Source of the DNA: Octopus sinensis
Taxonomy: Eukaryota
Direction: 5' to 3'
Length of the DNA: 64,000 nucleotides
NCBI RefSeq assembly: GCF_006345805.1
Contig: NC_043001.1
Location: forward strand, 99,324,001 to 99,388,000
Part shown: piece after piece, positions 61,001 to 64,000 of the stretch
How positions within the stretch are numbered: the first letter of the stretch is position 1
Layout: every line of letters starts with the position of its first letter
Notes under the pieces: generated by a model
Told to the model about the DNA's origin: nothing
Database searches by the model: none
The model's input: only the letters and a program-made list of their open reading frames with translations
Made by a program: the position numbers and the translations under genes

Positions 61001-63316
61001 TGGTCTCATGGCTAACAAAAAGTAATGAATATTATTATTAATATACAAAATACGCTCAAGCCAAACCAAGTTTATGGGCTAAGTTTCAATTTCAAATTGC
61101 AGTCAATATGCTTCAAGTGCATTGCTTATACCCTTGAAAATAAAGTCATGAACACCATGCAATTTTATTCTCTCTCTCTCCCCTCTTGTTCTTCCTAAAA
61201 TGTACCTTGTACCTCAATTCCCTTTTTTTTTTTTCGCATTTTCTTCTTTCAGCTGGAGTTGCTGAAAAAAATTCCACCTACTTCATCAATCGCTTCTTCA
61301 TCCTGCCACTTTTCAATAATAAATCAGAAGTAAGGAAAATTGATCTCTTTTGAATTTGTATTTCCTTATTTTTTTTTCATTTATATATCATCATTTAATG
61401 TCCATTTTCCATGCTGGCATGGGTTGGGCAGTATTTATGTTTTTGTACATTTCATTTATTAAGGGCTGCAACATTACAGCAATAAATTTTTATTTCACTG
61501 CATTGGTCAAAAAACAAAATACTGGATATGTATTGAAATTGGTTTTACTGACCTATAAACTCTACCATTGTAAAAATACTTAGACATTGCTATATTAACC
61601 AGTACAGAGAGTGATATGGTAGCAGAAATGCTACCATAAAACAATTTAATATATTATATTACTATAATATATTCAAAATATTATAGAAATCTCAGATTAT
61701 TAAATCTTTTAGTATCTTCATACAAGGAATATTATCTAATAACTCCCTCTCTCTCTCTTTCGGAGAGGCACAAGCACCTACACGCACATATACACACATG
61801 GCAGTAACTTCCGCCTGCCGAATTCAATCACAAAGCTTCGGTCGGCTCGTGGCTATAGCAGAAGACACCTACCCAAAGTGCTACGCAGTGGGACTGAACC
61901 CGAAACCATATAGCTAGGAAGCAAGCTCCCTAACCACACAGCCATGCCCGCGCCTACTATATTTTAAATATTCTAGTAAGCCATAGGCTGCAAATCATCA
62001 GAATTTTGTAATATTTTTTTCTAACTCACTGTGCCTTGAATTCAAATCCTGCCATGGTCATATTTACTTTACATTCTTTTTGAGTTAGAAAGTACCAATT
62101 CAGTGTATTGATTTAACAGATCTGTTACAGAGTTAAGTGAAGGGTTTTGTGGTATTTGTTCTGGATCTTTGTATTCTGACAATACTGGCACCCAGCTGTA
62201 TCAGCCCAGGTCGTATCTTCAGCAAGATTAAAGGGACCTCAATTCCGTACTCAATAGGGTATACTTAGATGCATTTTATCATGGCATCAGCATTTGAGAG
62301 GAGAGAGAGCATGATGGATAGCAAGAAAGTGGATACATGTTGAGGGTAAATGATAAATGTTGCTGTTAAATGACCAGGGAGAGAGAGAGTGTAAGTAGAG
62401 TATGTGGGGGGTATATGTTTATCTGATGAGGTCCGATAAATACATGCCTCAAGACAAGTGATAGTAAGTGTGATAAGGATGAGAGAAGGGCAGATCTCCT
62501 GTCATTCTTAGTTATGCTAGTGGCATAGTATAGTGAGACTAAAAAGAATAGAGAGTGATTGAGAGACAAGCAATAGAAAATTACTTTATCTATGAGGTCA
62601 TCAGATGTTATCTTCAACCTGCAAAATGTAATCTTACCCTTATTTATTGTGTCACTAACTGAAGTTATCATTTGACATTTTCTTCTTTAGCAGCAAACTA
62701 TAGCTCCATTACCAGTTAGTACAACAAACCTGTCCCTTGAACGACGGATCAGTGAATTGATGGTACAGCTGCAAGCTACACAGGATAAGCAAAAAAGTCA
62801 ACTAACTCGTGCTGATGTTGAACTGATAGTCAAAGAACTCCTTTCAGGCAAATTAGCAGGCTTATCCGGTGATCTTCACGAACAGAAATTGAAAACAACT
62901 GCTGAAATGGTGATAATTTTTTTTTCAAACATTAAAGGATATATCTTTTAAAATTAAAAATGTTATTTGTTTTTTATTAATTAATTTGCAACTTGTAGTT
63001 TTGCTTGATCCCACCTTCATAAATGGTGTAATGAACTTTTACCAGTTGAATAATTAGTAATGATAAAAATGAAAGGATTAACTTTTAATTTAACCTTTTC
63101 AACAGTTACCTTGATTTAACACAGCTTTATCAAGATTTCTTTCTGGATAATAACAAATAAAGGCAAAACTAAAGTGCAAAAATCAATTTGCCTTTATGAT
63201 TTTTTTTTTTTTTTTTTACACATTTCGTTATCCGTGTTAATTTCCAGGAACAATTAAAACTCAACCAAGCTCAGACTATGGATGAAAGAATTGCACCTCT
63301 TATTGCTGAAGCTAAG
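20074..63316 (+). CDS. SUN1: SUN-domain inner nuclear membrane protein (SUN1/UNC-84/klaroid-like), multi-exon, 3' end outside window
   Basis: Exon chain 20074-20135, 20352-20378, 36021-36113, 38189-38215, 50104-50136, 51570-51772, 53265-54044, 55283-55306, 57019-57132, 58855-58936, 59933-60021, 61253-61329, 62691-62909, 63248-63316. All introns are GT-AG and phase-compatible, giving 1899 nt with no stop. Motifs PKTDYTYSESKSY, SPNMSRRNL and HMYGLDSDSEL resemble human SUN1 as I recall it (PENTGYTYALSSSY, SPRMSRRSL, HFWGLDDDGDL). One TM helix is followed by coiled-coil-like sequence. The SUN domain is not in the window, so the symbol means SUN1-like. Confidence 0.78.
20352..20378 (+). CDS. SUN-like gene, candidate 27-nt micro-exon (SFSFNLLES)
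   Basis: Acceptor gttctttttag, consensus donor TAG|GTAAGT; phase 2-2, open frame. Confidence 0.55.
23145..23526. mobile_element. Non-autonomous element with CTAG end and internal 19-bp perfect inverted repeat
   Basis: tttatttcctcataacttt (23190-23208) pairs with aaagttatgaggaaataaa (23390-23408); shares motifs with 1-648. Confidence 0.45.
23780..24646. mobile_element. Foldback/MITE-like element with long (~350-bp) imperfect inverted arms
   Basis: Left arm ctgttgggtgttaac...aattgcgctaac...atcgcattttcaaaattt is mirrored by aaattttgaaaatgcgatt...gttagcgcaatt...ttaacaccaagcag. Confidence 0.75.
24651..25031 (-). mobile_element. Full-length tRNA-derived SINE
   Basis: Minus-strand head taggcgcaggagtggctgtgtggtaag...ggttcagtc, internal CA/TA microsatellite, tail tgactgaaacaagtagaagagta. 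Confidence 0.9.
29830..30178 (+). mobile_element. Degenerate copy of the same tRNA-SINE family
   Basis: gttgtgtggtaagaagtt...caagtgtcttctattatagc...aatgactgaaacaagtaaaaga. Confidence 0.7.
31187..31294. repeat. Minisatellite, 3 x 36 bp
   Basis: Unit ctttatcttaaatctttgtcgtggttcatgctttgg; copies 2 and 3 identical, no spacers. Confidence 0.9.
32703..33566 (-). mobile_element. Internally deleted mariner element
   Basis: TIRs caaggtggtatcaaaaagttcctgga / tccaggaaccttttgatactaccttg, with TA on the left flank; minus-strand remnants include PYSPDL..ADF.FFP..K..KG..F and an HTH-like N-terminus. Confidence 0.88.
36021..36113 (+). CDS. SUN-like gene, 93-nt exon (RSDLKFDESTDSDSDQELFDISNFLVYEWFDL)
   Basis: Acceptor tttttgtttcag, donor |GTAAGT; phase 2-2, open frame. 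Confidence 0.75.
38189..38215 (+). CDS. SUN-like gene, candidate 27-nt micro-exon (NFVTRSHN)
   Basis: Acceptor tttttcttctag, donor CAG|GTAATC; phase 2-2, open frame. Confidence 0.55.
45100..45460 (-). mobile_element. Old RTE endonuclease remnant
   Basis: Minus-strand QVSCCRGSTRLPCWREKD...GCPT.G.CRR resembles the decayed RTE motif CLQEVRWRG..AR; heavily mutated. Confidence 0.4.
45955..46260 (+). mobile_element. tRNA-derived SINE with a CORE-like central block
   Basis: gagttcaattcc B-box then gtgtccttgagcaagacacttcatttc...ttgctccagtccactcagctg; related copy at about 52860-53170. Confidence 0.6.
47171..47547 (-). mobile_element. Full-length tRNA-derived SINE (same family as 24651-25031)
   Basis: Collinear with 24651-25031 over its whole length. 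Confidence 0.9.
49029..49770 (-). mobile_element. Internally deleted mariner element
   Basis: TIRs tagggtcatcctataaa / tttatgggatgacccaa with TA flanks; minus-strand SDYHLFCSLQNHLDGKNMNSVDKVR. Confidence 0.85.
50104..50136 (+). CDS. SUN-like gene, 33-nt exon (EPKTDYTYSE)
   Basis: Acceptor tttatttacag, donor GAG|GTAAGT; phase 2-2; encodes the SUN1-like YTY motif. Confidence 0.8.
51570..51772 (+). CDS. SUN-like gene exon (SKSYTVKCDSSCRSPNMSRRNL...SSYRS)
   Basis: Long polypyrimidine tract plus cag at 51567-51569; donor CAG|GTCGGT; phase 2 to 1; matches ORF 51583-51846. Confidence 0.8.
53265..54044 (+). CDS. SUN-like gene, 780-nt nucleoplasmic exon containing LEEQRR repeats
   Basis: Lies inside ORF 53198-54052; acceptor ttattcag at 53264, donor ATG|GTGAGT at 54045; phase 1-1. 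Confidence 0.85.
53363..53488 (+). repeat. Coding 18-bp tandem repeat, 7 units (LEEQRR-like)
   Basis: cttgaagagcagcggaga and variants, in frame within exon 53265-54044. Confidence 0.95.
54613..55115 (+). mobile_element. Degenerate tRNA-SINE copy, opposite orientation to 47171-47547
   Basis: aggcacaggcatgattgtgtggttaag...caagtgtc...gcttgacaacc...tagaataagta. Confidence 0.7.
55283..55306 (+). CDS. SUN-like gene, 24-nt micro-exon (GLDSDSEL)
   Basis: Strong pyrimidine tract ttttcttctctctctctttag, donor TAG|GTACTG; phase 1-1; completes the HMYGLDSDSEL motif. Confidence 0.7.
   Translation, partial: VLIQILS
56340..56880 (-). mobile_element. RTE LINE 3' portion (post-RT C-terminus)
   Basis: GKLNRIMSSNLPKCLKRKVFNQCVLLTIMYASETWT...KLRATQRAME...WWREHTEAFV, typical of RTE ORF C-termini. 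Confidence 0.88.
57019..57132 (+). CDS. SUN-like gene, 114-nt exon (DYNNDTDRYIEKSHDFHYTRPKNRRRYQDTALIKDNQK)
   Basis: Acceptor cttttcttccag, donor AGA|GTGAGG; phase 1-1; same frame as ORF 56943-57197. Confidence 0.7.
57500..58455 (-). mobile_element. Mariner transposase remnant (same family as 49029-49770), one end truncated
   Basis: Right TIR tttatgggatgatccaa-TA; minus-strand MEMTKEHIQHILL...QCQRWFQKFRAGNYSLEDEPHPGRS; shares 57590-57960 with 49310-49700. Confidence 0.88.
58855..58936 (+). CDS. SUN-like gene exon (NQSFVTKCVTSVVEWFVPYETSAESQ)
   Basis: Acceptor ttttattctcag, donor AAG|GTAAAC; phase 1 to 2. Confidence 0.75.
59933..60021 (+). CDS. SUN-like gene, transmembrane exon (SRSRRWLCCCCLPLLLLFLLPLLLAALWPV)
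   Basis: Acceptor ttttactttcag (tandem CAGCAGAAG), donor TTG|GTTAGT; phase 2 to 1; about 24 hydrophobic residues after a basic RSRR stretch. Confidence 0.8.
61253..61329 (+). CDS. SUN-like gene, first luminal exon (AGVAEKNSTYFINRFFILPLFNNKSE)
   Basis: Long pyrimidine tract plus cag, donor GAA|GTAAGG; phase 1 to 0, which is needed to bridge the TM exon to the phase-0 coiled-coil exon; has N-x-S/T sequons. Confidence 0.75.
61800..61956 (-). mobile_element. 5' part of the tRNA-SINE family
   Basis: gtgggactgaacccgaaaccat...taaccacacagccatgcccgcgccta matches the head of 24651-25031. Confidence 0.75.
62691..62909 (+). CDS. SUN-like gene, luminal coiled-coil exon (QQTIAPL...LERRISELMVQLQATQDKQK...TTAEM)
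   Basis: Acceptor ttcttctttag (TAGCAG tandem), donor ATG|GTGATA; phase 0-0; same frame as ORF 62757-62951. Confidence 0.8.
63248..63316 (+). CDS. SUN-like gene, luminal exon (EQLKLNQAQTMDERIAPLIAEAK)
   Basis: Acceptor aatttccag, donor AAG|GTATTA; phase 0-0; last exon I can see. Confidence 0.75.
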
Positions 63317-63485
63317 GTATTAGAATGTTTTATATTATTTTACATGCTTTTAAGGCCATAAACTCCTGAGCTTACCTGCAGATGTTTCTACTATTCCCGA
63401 GACTGCTTTTGTTTTCCATCACCTTCCTCAACTTTTCATTCTCCTTTGCCTTTTCTCCTCCTCACTTCACTCCTTTCTCTCACAC

Positions 63486-63526
<41 letters not shown>

Positions 63527-64000
63527 GACAGCTTGCTAGCTAAATAGATAAAAAGCTGTCCATGCCTGATAGCAGGTCAGCTACAGACACAGATATGGCT
63601 GTGTGGTTGCAAAGTTTGTTTTGTAACCACATAGCGTCAGGTTCCATCCCAATGCATAGCAGCTTCAGCAAGTGCCTTCTGTTGTAGCCTTGTGGCTAAA
63701 ATTGGTTGATGGAAATGGTCTGGAAGCCCATCATAAGTGCATGCATGAGTGTTTATTTCTATGTTTTTGCATTAGCAACATTTGGGTGTTAGTTATCTTA
63801 ATGTCTAACAATACATCCTATAATTCGGTGGTCGTGGTCTCAGTGATGTTGACATGTGAAGATCAGTGGATTAAAAAGTACTCTACTTGAAAGACGAGTA
63901 AGAGTTGGGAACAGGGAAGTTATCTGGCTGAATACCACTGTTTCAAAACATCTTGTCTAACCCATATTAGTATGGGAAAAGTGAGTATAAAAATGATGAT

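Overview
AT-rich, microsatellite- and repeat-dense eukaryotic DNA. The SINE/LINE families look like those of coleoid cephalopods (Octopus-like; inferred from recalled repeat families, not a search). The main feature is a large plus-strand intron-rich gene starting at ATG 20074 and running off the right edge. I can chain 14 exons by hand with consistent phases (633 codons in the window). It encodes a SUN1/UNC-84-like inner-nuclear-membrane LINC-complex protein: SUN1-like N-terminal motifs, a long nucleoplasmic region with a (LEEQRR)x7 repeat, one transmembrane helix, and the start of the luminal coiled coil. The SUN domain itself is expected beyond base 64000. Many nucleoplasmic exons are frame-symmetric, several of them micro-exons. 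Head-to-head with this gene there are splice signals for an apparently non-coding minus-strand transcript. Bases 1-17 kb are mostly nested transposon debris (RTE, CR1/jockey-like, Penelope-like, MITEs, SINEs). They also hold an intact, apparently spliced minus-strand unit encoding a 171-aa basic protein of 21-aa repeats, a 458-bp local templated duplication and a 273-bp hairpin. No rRNA, true tRNA or CRISPR array was found. All calls were made by eye and none was verified by a database search or with RNA data.
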